DNA of 35,272 nt, taken from the NCBI GenBank assembly GCA_964402515.1, contig CAYOCM010000004.1, forward strand, positions 1 to 35,272, given 5' to 3'. The DNA comes from an uncultured Ruminococcus sp. (GTDB lineage Bacteria; Bacillota; Clostridia; Oscillospirales; CAG-382). The notes beneath the pieces are model-generated. The model saw only the letters and a list, made by a program, of their open reading frames with translations. It was not told the origin of the DNA and did no database searches. Of the stretch, positions 18,201 to 27,389 are shown one piece after another (position 1 is the stretch's first letter; each line of letters begins with the position of its first letter). The position numbers were made by a program, and so were the translations under genes.

Positions 18201-18894
18201 CAGGCTTGCGGACGACCTTATGAAAAATGCGCAGAGCCGACTTAACGCACTTAACAAGCGCATTCGTTCTATGGGTACTATCAACTTGGGTGCGGTTGAG
18301 CAATATGCTGCGGTTAAACAAAAATACGATTATTATACCGAGCATATAAACGATCTCGAAAAAGCACGCAGAGGTCTTGATTCGGCTATAAATAAACTCA
18401 GCAACGAGATGAAAGATACGTTTGTGCAGACTTTGCAAAAGATCAATGTTACGTTTGATGACGTATTCCGCAGACTTTTCGGCGGGGGAGGCGCATGCGT
18501 CGAACTTGAAGATCCCGAAAACCCGCTTGAAAGCGGCATTGATATAACACTGCGTATTCCCGGTAAACGAGTGCGCAGCATATCATTGCTGTCTGGTGGC
18601 GAGCAGTCGTTCGCCGCAGTGGCGCTTTATCTGTCGTTGCAAAAGATAAATCCGTCGCCTTTTTGCGTATTTGACGAGATCGAAAGTGCGCTTGACGACG
18701 TCAACCTGTGCAAACTTGCCGATTATGTGCGCGAAGAAAGCGCAAAAACTCAGTATATTATGATAACGCACAGACGCGGCACCATGGAGCGTGCCGATAC
18801 GCTATACGGTATTACTATGCAGCAAAAGGGTGTTTCTACCTATTTGCAGCTTGATCTTGCCAAAATGGACGAAAATATCAGGAGGTACGTATAA
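15232..18894 (+). CDS. smc: Chromosome segregation protein SMC
   Basis: GFKSF, GPNGSGKSN Walker A, coiled coils, hinge GKATFLPL..GGSYTGG, LSGGE signature, DEIESALD Walker B, ITHR. Confidence 0.98.
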   Translation: MKLKSIEMQGFKSFPDRTVMEFKGGLTCIIGPNGSGKSNISDAVRWVLGEMKMKSLRGSKMEDVIFSGAGDRPPANCATVSLVLDTSEEYLAAQAGITDIIETDGEDDGKRKKAMRISDFSEVVITRKYYRSGESEYYINKQQTRLRDIYEMFYDTGIGREGYSVIGQGKISEILSQKADERRSVFEEAAGISRFRARKEESERKLAEVKNNLDRANDILTEVTSQLEPLRKQAEDAREYLTLGDQKRGIELTLWLDKIDNLRQKRLECGEALAAARLELDSVESKAAFLESKLDELMRRSGDESRMISEAESQKSDAERYRADLSSQLAVCLREIEHCESAVKLAEQTALNMQNDIEATEDLLHGASEALLVLLRERNDAQANAERARNDYEAKESALTALTERETAANDACTDALQTLGRISESVAAVNAEAESLARSRQESNEKISRSKQRCEVLEADLANARLAADSKQKELCDAVNRQNELDFDRASLLDNIKKAKEVETAERISLTAKEQRREHLRQLEKLLTGYSEGVKTVVGASSEGKIVSKKGKVDIKGLVSTLLSSKGKYVTALETALQSSVQFIVVGDEDDARACIDYLKKYGGGKATFLPLTSVKGRRSDVGAIKSMDGFVGIASDLAVFDPVYAGIADELLGRTVVAENLEKAAAMARTLRFSVRFVTLDGQMINAGGSYTGGSVSGKTGLFTRAHDIEALGAEIKQSNNRLIDINRQIMSYEERVSQIDAELSTLEEDTESRRNAFDEASRELSACAARLEEENAHLSSLVTASQSSTDADAVESKIATLAAERASAAAELDEKRALLDSVRAEITAARVQSVAAYEASGLALEAYFEKLNAYDAQNRSVEALRERISAAEARRDEAQNERQSALLLIDGKRSQASELETKVAEASQNAQSASKRMAELLSSRETIEAETSATRAELRIVQSERDEAFRNHSLHETTCNRIEEEIELISSKMWDGYELTYSAAQQYRLADDLMKNAQSRLNALNKRIRSMGTINLGAVEQYAAVKQKYDYYTEHINDLEKARRGLDSAINKLSNEMKDTFVQTLQKINVTFDDVFRRLFGGGGACVELEDPENPLESGIDITLRIPGKRVRSISLLSGGEQSFAAVALYLSLQKINPSPFCVFDEIESALDDVNLCKLADYVREESAKTQYIMITHRRGTMERADTLYGITMQQKGVSTYLQLDLAKMDENIRRYV

Positions 18895-19800
18895 ATGGGC
18901 TTTTTTGACAAACTCAAGCAGGGCCTTGAAAAAACAAAAAAAGCGCTGTTTGCGCCGGTTATGCAACTGTTTGCAAACTATGATAAGGTTGATGATGATT
19001 TTTATGACGATCTTTTTGATCTGCTCGTTTCGGCGGATGTCGGCGCTTATACATCCGACTATATTATTTCCGAACTTAAACAGCGTTTAAAAAAAGACGG
19101 CATAAAAGATGTCGAGCAGGCAAAAGTTGTGTTTAGAGAGATATTGCGCGAATTGCTCGGTTCGGCGCAGCCGTTTGAACTTTCGGAAGGACTAAACGTT
19201 TTGCTTATCATAGGAGTCAACGGCGCGGGCAAGACTACGTCTACAGGCAAAATGGCATATTATTATCGCAAGCAAGGCAAAAAAGTTATGCTTGCCGCCG
19301 CCGATACTTTCAGAGCTGCGGCCATAGAACAGCTTGAGGTATGGGGCACGCGTGCGAATGTTCCCGTTATAAAACAAAGTGCGGGTGCGGATCCTTCGGC
19401 TGTCGTTTTTGACGCCGTTTCCGCAGCAAACAAGCAAGGTACGGATGTGCTTATTGCCGATACCGCCGGCAGATTGCATAACAAAAAAAATCTTTTGGAC
19501 GAACTTGCAAAAACCGGCCGCGTTATTTGCCGCGAAGCGCCTGACGCACACAAAGAAACATGGCTTGTTTTGGACGCAACCACGGGACAAAATGCCATAG
19601 CACAAGTCAAAGAATTCGGCAAAGCTTCGCCTATAACCGGACTTATTTTGACCAAACTCGACGGAACAGCAAAAGGCGGATTTATACTCTCTATCAAGCG
19701 CGAACTTGATATTCCCGTCAGATTTATCGGTGTGGGCGAGGCTCCGGAAGACCTTCAACCGTTTGATCCCGAAGAATTTCTCGATGCACTTATGGGTTAA
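18895..19800 (+). CDS. ftsY: Signal recognition particle receptor FtsY
   Basis: GVNGAGKTT, DTFRAAAIEQL, DTAGRLH, TKLDGTAKGG, GVGE. Confidence 0.98.
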   Translation: MGFFDKLKQGLEKTKKALFAPVMQLFANYDKVDDDFYDDLFDLLVSADVGAYTSDYIISELKQRLKKDGIKDVEQAKVVFREILRELLGSAQPFELSEGLNVLLIIGVNGAGKTTSTGKMAYYYRKQGKKVMLAAADTFRAAAIEQLEVWGTRANVPVIKQSAGADPSAVVFDAVSAANKQGTDVLIADTAGRLHNKKNLLDELAKTGRVICREAPDAHKETWLVLDATTGQNAIAQVKEFGKASPITGLILTKLDGTAKGGFILSIKRELDIPVRFIGVGEAPEDLQPFDPEEFLDALMG

Positions 19801-19805
19801 ATGAT

Positions 19806-20405
19806 ATGCAAAAAATAGTTTTTGCCACAAACAACAAACACAAGGTGTTTGAATTGCAAAATTGGTTTAAACGCAACTTTGAAAAAGCTCCCGAGATAAT
19901 TACCCTCTCGCAACTCGGTTTGGGTGAACCCGACGAAAACGGTACAACATTCGCGCAAAACGCTTTTATCAAGGCCGATTATGCTTTCGGCCGTACGGGA
20001 CTTGCATCTGTTGCCGACGATTCGGGACTATGCGTTGATGCCCTGGGCGGACGCCCGGGCATATATTCGTCACGTTATGCAGGTGCAGGCAAGACCGACA
20101 GCGACCGCATAGCAAAATTACTTGACGAACTCAAAGGCGTTTCCGTGCAAGATCGCACGGCACATTTCGCTTGTGCGCTGTGTATGATATTGCCCGACGG
20201 CACACGCATAGATGCATACGGTGTTTCAGAGGGGTATATACTCGAGGCTCCGAGAGGTAACGGCGATTTCGGCTACGATCCCGTGTTTTACTGCCCCGCA
20301 TACGGCAAGACATTTGCCGAACTTGATGTTGAGTCAAAGACCGCCGTCAGTCACCGCGGCAGAGCACTTGCCGATTTAAAGTCAAAATTACAAAACCGAT
20401 TTTAA
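19806..20405 (+). CDS. rdgB: Non-canonical purine NTP pyrophosphatase (RdgB/HAM1)
   Basis: ATNNKHK, ADDSGLCVDALGGRPGIYSSRY, FGYDPVF, SHRGRA. Confidence 0.95.
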   Translation: MQKIVFATNNKHKVFELQNWFKRNFEKAPEIITLSQLGLGEPDENGTTFAQNAFIKADYAFGRTGLASVADDSGLCVDALGGRPGIYSSRYAGAGKTDSDRIAKLLDELKGVSVQDRTAHFACALCMILPDGTRIDAYGVSEGYILEAPRGNGDFGYDPVFYCPAYGKTFAELDVESKTAVSHRGRALADLKSKLQNRF

Positions 20406-20417
20406 AATTATTTGCTA

Positions 20418-20447
20418 TTGACAGATGTTTGCCTGCGGTGATAAAAT
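20418..20447 (+). promoter_or_regulatory. SigmaA-type promoter with extended -10 upstream of cdaA
   Basis: TTGACA (20418-20423), 18 nt spacer ending in TGn, TAAAAT (20442-20447). Confidence 0.65.
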
Positions 20448-20497
20448 AAATTGTTAAAGATACGTATAACTTAAAAATATAAACGGAGGATGCAGAT

Positions 20498-21346
20498 ATG
20501 GATATTAATATGTTGCTTGACAATATCTTTGCCGCATTGACGCAGATACATTGGAATGACGTGCTTGATATATTGCTTGTCACCATCGCGTTTTTCGTTA
20601 CATTCAAATTTGTGCGTGATCGTCGCGCGGGCAGATTGCTGCTCGGTATAGCGTTGCTTGTGTTGCTGTTTGTTTTAAGCATAATTTTTAATATGAACGC
20701 ACTCAATTATCTGTTGAGTTCTGTGTTTTCTGTCGGACTGATCGCCATAGTCATCGTGTTTCAGCCCGAATTGCGCGCCGCACTTGAAAAAATGGGCGAT
20801 CGCTCTATTCGCGGCATAAAGAGCATGGGGACGGAAGACGCCCAAGAGATCGGGCGTTGTATTACAGAAGCTTGTGTTGCTTGCGACTCGTTTGCAAAAA
20901 GCAAGACCGGTGCTCTGATAGTTTTTGAACGCAACACCAAACTCGGTGAATATATACTTACGGGTACTGTCATCGATGCCAATGCGTCGGCTTTGCTTTT
21001 CGGCAACTTGTTTTTTAACAAGGCGCCACTTCATGACGGAGCGGTAATTATACGCAACGGCAGAATACATGCCGCGGGTTGTTTTTTGCCGCTTTCTACA
21101 AATTCCGATATTACAAAAGATGTCGGAACACGTCATCGCGCAGGCATCGGTATGAGCGAAAACAGCGATGCTATAGTCGTTATCGTTTCCGAAGAAACCG
21201 GCACCGTATCCGTTGCCGAAGACGGTGTTTTAAAACGCGATTTTGACAGGTTGTCGCTTGAAAAATATTTAAGGTCACGGCTTATTCAGCCAAAATCCAA
21301 TACAAAACACGGCATTTTCGGCAAAGGAGACAGCGATGAAAAATAA
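20498..21346 (+). CDS. cdaA: Diadenylate cyclase CdaA/DacA
   Basis: Three N-terminal TM helices, FQPELR, PLHDGAVII (DGA), GTRHRAG (RHR), VSEETG. Confidence 0.96.
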   Translation: MDINMLLDNIFAALTQIHWNDVLDILLVTIAFFVTFKFVRDRRAGRLLLGIALLVLLFVLSIIFNMNALNYLLSSVFSVGLIAIVIVFQPELRAALEKMGDRSIRGIKSMGTEDAQEIGRCITEACVACDSFAKSKTGALIVFERNTKLGEYILTGTVIDANASALLFGNLFFNKAPLHDGAVIIRNGRIHAAGCFLPLSTNSDITKDVGTRHRAGIGMSENSDAIVVIVSEETGTVSVAEDGVLKRDFDRLSLEKYLRSRLIQPKSNTKHGIFGKGDSDEK

Positions 21347-22589
21347 AAGCAAGCATTTCAGACTTTCGGATTACATCGTGTTTGCCATCGCGTTGGTCGG
21401 TGCAATATTTCTTTGGATATATGCGATCGGATTTGACAACACGGTTTTTACGCGTACAATAGGCAATGTCGCCGTTTCGGTAGTAGGTGCGCAGGAGCTC
21501 GCTCAAAATAACGGATTTTCACTTAAAGAAGAGATATCGTTTTCTATCTCTGTTGAAATATCCGGCAGGCGCACCGATATTTCGGGCGTCAAAAGCAGCG
21601 ATTTGACTGCGGTTGTGGATATATCGGGCGTTACTCAAGCCGGCGATAATGTTTTGCCCATAACCGTTATCGCGCCAAAAGGAATATCCGTTTCGGGTCA
21701 GTCCGAGACAGAGGCCGTGTTGTTTTTGGATAAATTTATCAGCAAGAGTTTTGCGGTCAAACCCGAACATACGGTATCGTCATTTGCCTCCAATGTAAGA
21801 ATAAAAGGTGAAACTTGCAACCCTTCGGTCGTTATGGTCAGCGGTCCGCAAAGTGTACTTGATACAATCGATTATGTCGCCGCGAGATATTCGGTGGGCG
21901 AATTGTCGGATAATGTTACCGCATATTGTTCGCCCGAGATAGTCGACCGTGACGGTAAAGCGATAAATAATCCTTATGTTTCAATTGTCGATCTCAACGA
22001 GATATTGGTAGAATTATCTGTGTATAAAGAAAAGACCGTGCCTGTTGAGGTGGTATTTATAGGCGGCAGATATAACGTTTCGGTTGCTACGGTTCAATTG
22101 TCGTCCGACAGTCTAAAGATTAAGGGAGAAGTTTCGGCTGTTGATGCACTCGGCAAATTGACAATTTCCATTGACGAAACATTGTTCGGCGATACTGCCG
22201 TTTCAACATCGGTGCTTGTTTCAAGTATATTGCCCGACGGCTTTGAACTTTGTGACGGCGAGCCGACAACTGTAGATATCAAAATTACCGTTCCCGCAAT
22301 ATCCGAAAAGATATTTACTGTCTATTCCGACAACATCACACTTTCGGCAGGCGGCGACGAGTATGCCGTTTCGAATAACCTTACTTTGCGCATAATGGGT
22401 TTTACAAATGAACTTAATGCGCTTGATGCCGAAGATATAAAAGTTACCGTTGATGCTTCTTCTCCGCAATATACCGAAACCGGCAGAATGTTTGCAAAAG
22501 CAACGGTTAGTATAGACGGCATAACATTCTTTGCTGTCAGCGATGACATTATAGTTTATCTTGATTACAGGCCTGCCATAGCGGGTTAA
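21336..22589 (+). CDS. cdaR: CdaR/YbbR-domain regulator of diadenylate cyclase
   Basis: One N-terminal TM helix, repeated beta-rich YbbR-like segments (V.ISG.R, PSVVMVSGPQS), overlaps the cdaA end. Confidence 0.85.
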   Translation: MKNKSKHFRLSDYIVFAIALVGAIFLWIYAIGFDNTVFTRTIGNVAVSVVGAQELAQNNGFSLKEEISFSISVEISGRRTDISGVKSSDLTAVVDISGVTQAGDNVLPITVIAPKGISVSGQSETEAVLFLDKFISKSFAVKPEHTVSSFASNVRIKGETCNPSVVMVSGPQSVLDTIDYVAARYSVGELSDNVTAYCSPEIVDRDGKAINNPYVSIVDLNEILVELSVYKEKTVPVEVVFIGGRYNVSVATVQLSSDSLKIKGEVSAVDALGKLTISIDETLFGDTAVSTSVLVSSILPDGFELCDGEPTTVDIKITVPAISEKIFTVYSDNITLSAGGDEYAVSNNLTLRIMGFTNELNALDAEDIKVTVDASSPQYTETGRMFAKATVSIDGITFFAVSDDIIVYLDYRPAIAG

Positions 22590-22633
22590 TCGATAACACA
22601 GACGATTTAATTTTAAAGGAGGTGGCACTTGCG

Positions 22634-24739
22634 TTGAATTTTTGCAATTATGTTCTCGGTAAGTATGACGATAATGATGTCAAAGAGTTGCAAAATGCTT
22701 TGGGATTGCGCCCTCTTACCGCAAGGCTGCTTGCCTCGCGCGGCATGACAGATCCCGTCTCGGTAACGGAATTTCTCGATAAAGACCGTGTTTTGCTGTA
22801 TGATCCTTTTTTGCTTAGGGATATGGACAAGGCTGTATCGCGTATCAGGCAGGCCATAGATCGGAAACAGAACGTTTGCATATACGGTGACTATGATGTT
22901 GACGGAGTTACCGCAACGACGTTGTTGTATACATATCTTTCTGATAAAGGATGCAAATGCACATATTTTATACCGGACCGAATAAGTGAAGGTTATGGTC
23001 TCAGTGCACCGGTTATTCAACGCCTGAGTTGCGGTACCGACCTTATAATAACTGTTGATACCGGTATAACCGCAATTGACGAAGCAGAATACGCCAAAAG
23101 TCTTGGCGTAGATATGATTATAACCGATCACCACAGTTGTCGCGCGACATTGCCCGATGCTATAGCCGTTGTCAATCCTCATCGCGAAGATGATAATTAC
23201 CCTTTTAAGTATCTTGCGGGCGTCGGTGTGGTGTTTAAACTCTTGTGCGCACTTGACGGCGGATATCGTGATATCTGCGACAGATATGCCGAAATCGTCG
23301 CAATAGGCACAATTGCCGATGTTATGCCCTTGATAGGTGAAAACCGTTATATAGCGCAAATAGGTCTTGCAAAACTCGCAAACACGAATTATCTCGGACT
23401 TACCGCTTTAATGCAGCATGCGGGCATTATACGCAACGGCAAGTCAAAAAAAATACTGTCTTCTACGGTGGGGTATATGCTTGCTCCGCGTATTAATGCG
23501 GCGGGACGTATCGCTTCGGCCTCAAAAGCGGTAGAATTATTGCTTACCGACAATGAGGCAGATGCCGATCGCATTGCGTCTGAGCTTTGCAATATAAACA
23601 AACTGCGTCAGGCAACCGAACAGGAGATATACGAGCAGGCTATGCTTATGATAGAGCGTGACCGTTTAAAAGGTATCGAACGCAAGTTTTTGGTTTTGTG
23701 TTCCGACGGTTGGCATCAGGGCGTTATAGGTGTTGTTGCTTCGCGCATTTCAGAACGCTACGGCGTTCCCTGCGTGCTTTTCAGTTTTGACGGCGACACC
23801 GGCAAAGGTTCGGGCCGATCCGTTAAGGGCTTTTCGTTGATGGATGCGCTCATGTCGTGTGAAGATCTGCTGATAGAATTCGGCGGCCACGAGCTTGCCG
23901 CCGGACTCTCTATAAAAAAACAAAATTTTGATGCTTTTGTCGAACGCATAAATCAATACGCCGAAGAGCATCCTGCCAAGCAAACTCAATGCAACATTGT
24001 CAATATTGATTGCGTCGCGACATTTGACGAGATCACCGTTGACGGAATCGCCGAAATTCAGTTGCTTGAGCCGTTCGGTCTGCAAAACCCTCAACCTTTG
24101 TTTTTAACGCGCGACCTGTGTATCACCGAAATTACACCGCTTTCGGCAGGTAAACATGTTAAACTTAAACTGTCACCCTTAAATACCGCAAACGGTGCGC
24201 ATTCGCTTACTGCACTGTATTTCGGAATGCCCGCAAGTGAACTTTCTTTTTGCAAAGGCGATATATGCGATGCGATATATACCGTTGATGTAAACGAATA
24301 TATGGGTATTATCTCACCGCAGATCACTTTAAAGGCACTTTGTTACGGCAATGATATACTCGAGATCAAAGAACGCGGTGATATGTTTTATACCAAACTT
24401 TGCAATATGTCCGACACATCCGACATTCCGCACAGCGCAATGCCCACCCTCGGCGATTTTCGCAATATGTTTGTGTTTTTGCGTCATGAACTCAAAAACG
24501 GCAAAAAACGCTTTACATATATTTCGCTTTACCGTTCTTATATCACCGACGGCAACGGATCGCTTGATTACTGTGCTATGCGTGTGATATTGGATGTGCT
24601 TGCCGACGAAGAACTTGCCGTTATAAAACATATCAATTGCGAAACATTTGATATAGAACTTTGCCGCACATCAAAAAAGGTGGATCTCGATTCTACCGAA
24701 ATACTTAAAAATATCAGATCAAGGCATAGATTTATCTAA
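22634..24739 (+). CDS. recJ: Single-stranded DNA exonuclease RecJ
   Basis: GDYDVDG, ITVDTG, TDHH, GTIADVMPL, APRINAAGR, FGGHELAAG; TTG 22634 preferred because GTG 22622 lies within the AAAGGAGG RBS. Confidence 0.95.
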   Translation: MNFCNYVLGKYDDNDVKELQNALGLRPLTARLLASRGMTDPVSVTEFLDKDRVLLYDPFLLRDMDKAVSRIRQAIDRKQNVCIYGDYDVDGVTATTLLYTYLSDKGCKCTYFIPDRISEGYGLSAPVIQRLSCGTDLIITVDTGITAIDEAEYAKSLGVDMIITDHHSCRATLPDAIAVVNPHREDDNYPFKYLAGVGVVFKLLCALDGGYRDICDRYAEIVAIGTIADVMPLIGENRYIAQIGLAKLANTNYLGLTALMQHAGIIRNGKSKKILSSTVGYMLAPRINAAGRIASASKAVELLLTDNEADADRIASELCNINKLRQATEQEIYEQAMLMIERDRLKGIERKFLVLCSDGWHQGVIGVVASRISERYGVPCVLFSFDGDTGKGSGRSVKGFSLMDALMSCEDLLIEFGGHELAAGLSIKKQNFDAFVERINQYAEEHPAKQTQCNIVNIDCVATFDEITVDGIAEIQLLEPFGLQNPQPLFLTRDLCITEITPLSAGKHVKLKLSPLNTANGAHSLTALYFGMPASELSFCKGDICDAIYTVDVNEYMGIISPQITLKALCYGNDILEIKERGDMFYTKLCNMSDTSDIPHSAMPTLGDFRNMFVFLRHELKNGKKRFTYISLYRSYITDGNGSLDYCAMRVILDVLADEELAVIKHINCETFDIELCRTSKKVDLDSTEILKNIRSRHRFI

Positions 24740-24744
24740 AGTTT

Positions 24745-26949
24745 TTGAATGTGAATATGGAATACAATTATCAAACATTGCGTCAGAACGTTGAAAAATA
24801 TAATATTTATGATTTTGACCGCATAAAAAAAGCATATGACTATGCCGAAAAATTGCACATGGGTCAAAAACGGCAGACGGGCGAGCCGTATATTATTCAC
24901 CCGATTGCCGTTGCGTGCTATGTTGCCGATATGCAGCTCGACACCGATTCTGTCTGCGCCGCACTTTTGCACGATACGGTAGAAGACTGCGGCATAGATT
25001 GCGGCGTTATAAAGAAAGAATTCGGCCAGGACGTCGCATCGATAGTCGACGGACTTACTAAACTGAAATTTATCAGGTTTGAGACAAAGCAGGACGAAAG
25101 TATCGAAAACTTGCGCAAAATGTTTTTGGCAATGTCAAAAGATCTGCGTGTCATATTTGTCAAGCTTGCCGACAGACTGCATAATATGCGCACGCTTTAT
25201 GCTCAGCCGCCCGAAAAGCAACGCCGCATAGCTCTTGAAACAATGCACGTTTATGCGCCTATAGCTCATAGGCTCGGTATACAACGCATAAAGGTCGAAC
25301 TCGAAACTCTTGCTTTGCAATATCTTGATCCCGTAGGATATGAACAGGTAAAAAGAGATACCGAACGTCGTTTCGGTGAAAACAAAAACTTTTTAGAGCA
25401 CGCTACCGAACTTGTTGAAAAAGGTCTGCGCGAATACGGCGTCAAATATACGCTTGAAGGCAGGGTAAAATCAATATACAGCATTTATAAAAAGATGTTT
25501 TCGTCAAACAAAAAGTTTGATGAGATATATGATTTTTATGCTTTGCGTATACTTGTCGATACCGAGATCGACTGTTACACCGTACTTGGCATAATTCACG
25601 AGTGTTTTAACAATATTCCCGGCAGATTTAAAGATTATATTTCAACGCCAAAGCCCAACCTTTACCGTTCACTGCATACAACCGTTATGAGCAAAGAAGG
25701 TGTACCATTTGAGGTACAGATACGCACTTGGGAGATGCATGCCGTTGCGGAATACGGCCTTGCGGCGCATTGGAAATATAAATCGGGTCAGTCTTCCGGA
25801 ATTGATGTTGATGAAAAACTGCGTTGGATACGCACTTTGGTCGAAACAGATCACGAGCAAGACGATCCCGAAGAATTCTTTAGGCCTCTCAAAATAGATT
25901 TGTTTGATGACGAGGTTTTTGTTTTTACACCGCGCGGCGACGTTATCAGTTTGCCAAGCGGCAGCACACCCATAGATTTTGCATATTCGATACACTCTGT
26001 TGTCGGCAACCGCATGATAGGCGCTAAAGTCAACGGCAATATAGTGCCTATCGATACAGAACTCGAAAACGGTCAGATTGTCGAAATAATAACATCTTCG
26101 GCATCAAAAGGTCCGAGCCGTGACTGGCTTAAGATAGTCAGGTCGGCAGAAGCGCGCAACAAGATACGTCAGTTTTTTAAAAAAGAATTGCGTGTTGAAA
26201 ATATCGCAGAAGGCAAATTGCAGGTCGAGCGCGAATTAAAACGTTTCGGTCGGCCTTTCAGCGAAGCGCAAAAAGACGAAATTGTCAAAAACACGGCCGA
26301 ACGTATGGGGTTTACCGATCCCGACGATCTTTATAATAATCTCGGATACGGCGGCATAGGTATTTCAAAAGTCGCAATCAGACTGCGTGAAGAATTTAAT
26401 ACCGTCGTTGCACCTGCCGAAGAACCTGCCGCAAGCGGAGGCTCTATCGTCGAGCAGACTGCGCGTCATGCACGCAAGGGCAAGTCAAATACCGGTTCGG
26501 TTATAATTGATAACGTTGACGGTTGCACCGTTAAGTTTGCCAAGTGCTGCAATCCGTTGCCGGGTGATCAGATAATAGGCTTTATTACAAAAGGATTCGG
26601 CGTTTCGATACACAAATTTGACTGCCCGAACGCAGTCAGCGGTATGGCGGATCTTGCTCAAAAAGACAGATGGGTGGTTGCTTCATGGAGCAAACAAGTT
26701 GCCGAAAATGTATTCGGTTCATATGAGGCAACATTGTGTGTTTATGCTAACTATGCACCCAGTCTTATTGCCGATGTTTCACTTGCCGTAACAGATATGA
26801 AGGTGGCTGTCACGGGTATTTCCACTCGCGAAAAAGACGGCGAAATGATCTTGACCATCACCGTTAAATGCTCGGGAGTCGAACATCTCAAAAACATCAT
26901 CTCGGGTCTGTCGCGTGTTAAAAATGTAAAGGAGGTTCAAAGACTTTGA
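24745..26949 (+). CDS. rel: Bifunctional (p)ppGpp synthetase/hydrolase Rel (long RSH)
   Basis: HD domain LLHDTVED, RFKDY, YRSLHT, EVQIRT, TGS, CCNP, ACT; exact start uncertain (24745/24751/24757). Confidence 0.97.
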   Translation: MNVNMEYNYQTLRQNVEKYNIYDFDRIKKAYDYAEKLHMGQKRQTGEPYIIHPIAVACYVADMQLDTDSVCAALLHDTVEDCGIDCGVIKKEFGQDVASIVDGLTKLKFIRFETKQDESIENLRKMFLAMSKDLRVIFVKLADRLHNMRTLYAQPPEKQRRIALETMHVYAPIAHRLGIQRIKVELETLALQYLDPVGYEQVKRDTERRFGENKNFLEHATELVEKGLREYGVKYTLEGRVKSIYSIYKKMFSSNKKFDEIYDFYALRILVDTEIDCYTVLGIIHECFNNIPGRFKDYISTPKPNLYRSLHTTVMSKEGVPFEVQIRTWEMHAVAEYGLAAHWKYKSGQSSGIDVDEKLRWIRTLVETDHEQDDPEEFFRPLKIDLFDDEVFVFTPRGDVISLPSGSTPIDFAYSIHSVVGNRMIGAKVNGNIVPIDTELENGQIVEIITSSASKGPSRDWLKIVRSAEARNKIRQFFKKELRVENIAEGKLQVERELKRFGRPFSEAQKDEIVKNTAERMGFTDPDDLYNNLGYGGIGISKVAIRLREEFNTVVAPAEEPAASGGSIVEQTARHARKGKSNTGSVIIDNVDGCTVKFAKCCNPLPGDQIIGFITKGFGVSIHKFDCPNAVSGMADLAQKDRWVVASWSKQVAENVFGSYEATLCVYANYAPSLIADVSLAVTDMKVAVTGISTREKDGEMILTITVKCSGVEHLKNIISGLSRVKNVKEVQRL

Positions 26950-27389
26950 GGATAGTTGCACAGCGCGTTAACTACGCCGATTGTGTCGTGGACGGCAAAA
27001 AGGTTGGCCGGATACAAAAAGGCCTGCTCTGCTTTGTGGGCATAGGCAAAAACGATACGCATGACGATGTTATCAAATGCGTTGACAAAATCGGCGGTCT
27101 CAGAGTGTTTGAGGATAATGACGGCAAAATGTCAAAGTCTTGCGAAGACGTCGGCGGCAGTTTTTTGCTGATATCTCAATTTACGCTTTACGGTTCTGTA
27201 AGACACGGCAAACGCCCCGATTTTACGGCGGCGGCTTCCCCCGACAAAGGCAGAATGCTGTTTGACGATTTTGTCAACGAAATGTCACAAAAACACAGAG
27301 TTGAGACCGGCATCTTCGGAGCCGACATGCAGATAGAGGCACATAACGACGGCCCCGTCACTATTATTTTTGATACAGAGAACTTATGA
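26946..27389 (+). CDS. dtd: D-aminoacyl-tRNA deacylase
   Basis: QRV, SQFTL, G.FGADM, NDGPVT; follows rel. Confidence 0.96.
   Translation: MRIVAQRVNYADCVVDGKKVGRIQKGLLCFVGIGKNDTHDDVIKCVDKIGGLRVFEDNDGKMSKSCEDVGGSFLLISQFTLYGSVRHGKRPDFTAAASPDKGRMLFDDFVNEMSQKHRVETGIFGADMQIEAHNDGPVTIIFDTENL

Noticed and set aside
15232-18894. SMC as a Wadjet/Lamassu-type defence ATPase
   Set aside because: It has a canonical hinge and head, sits in the standard rnc-smc-ftsY context, and has no jet/lmu partners nearby.
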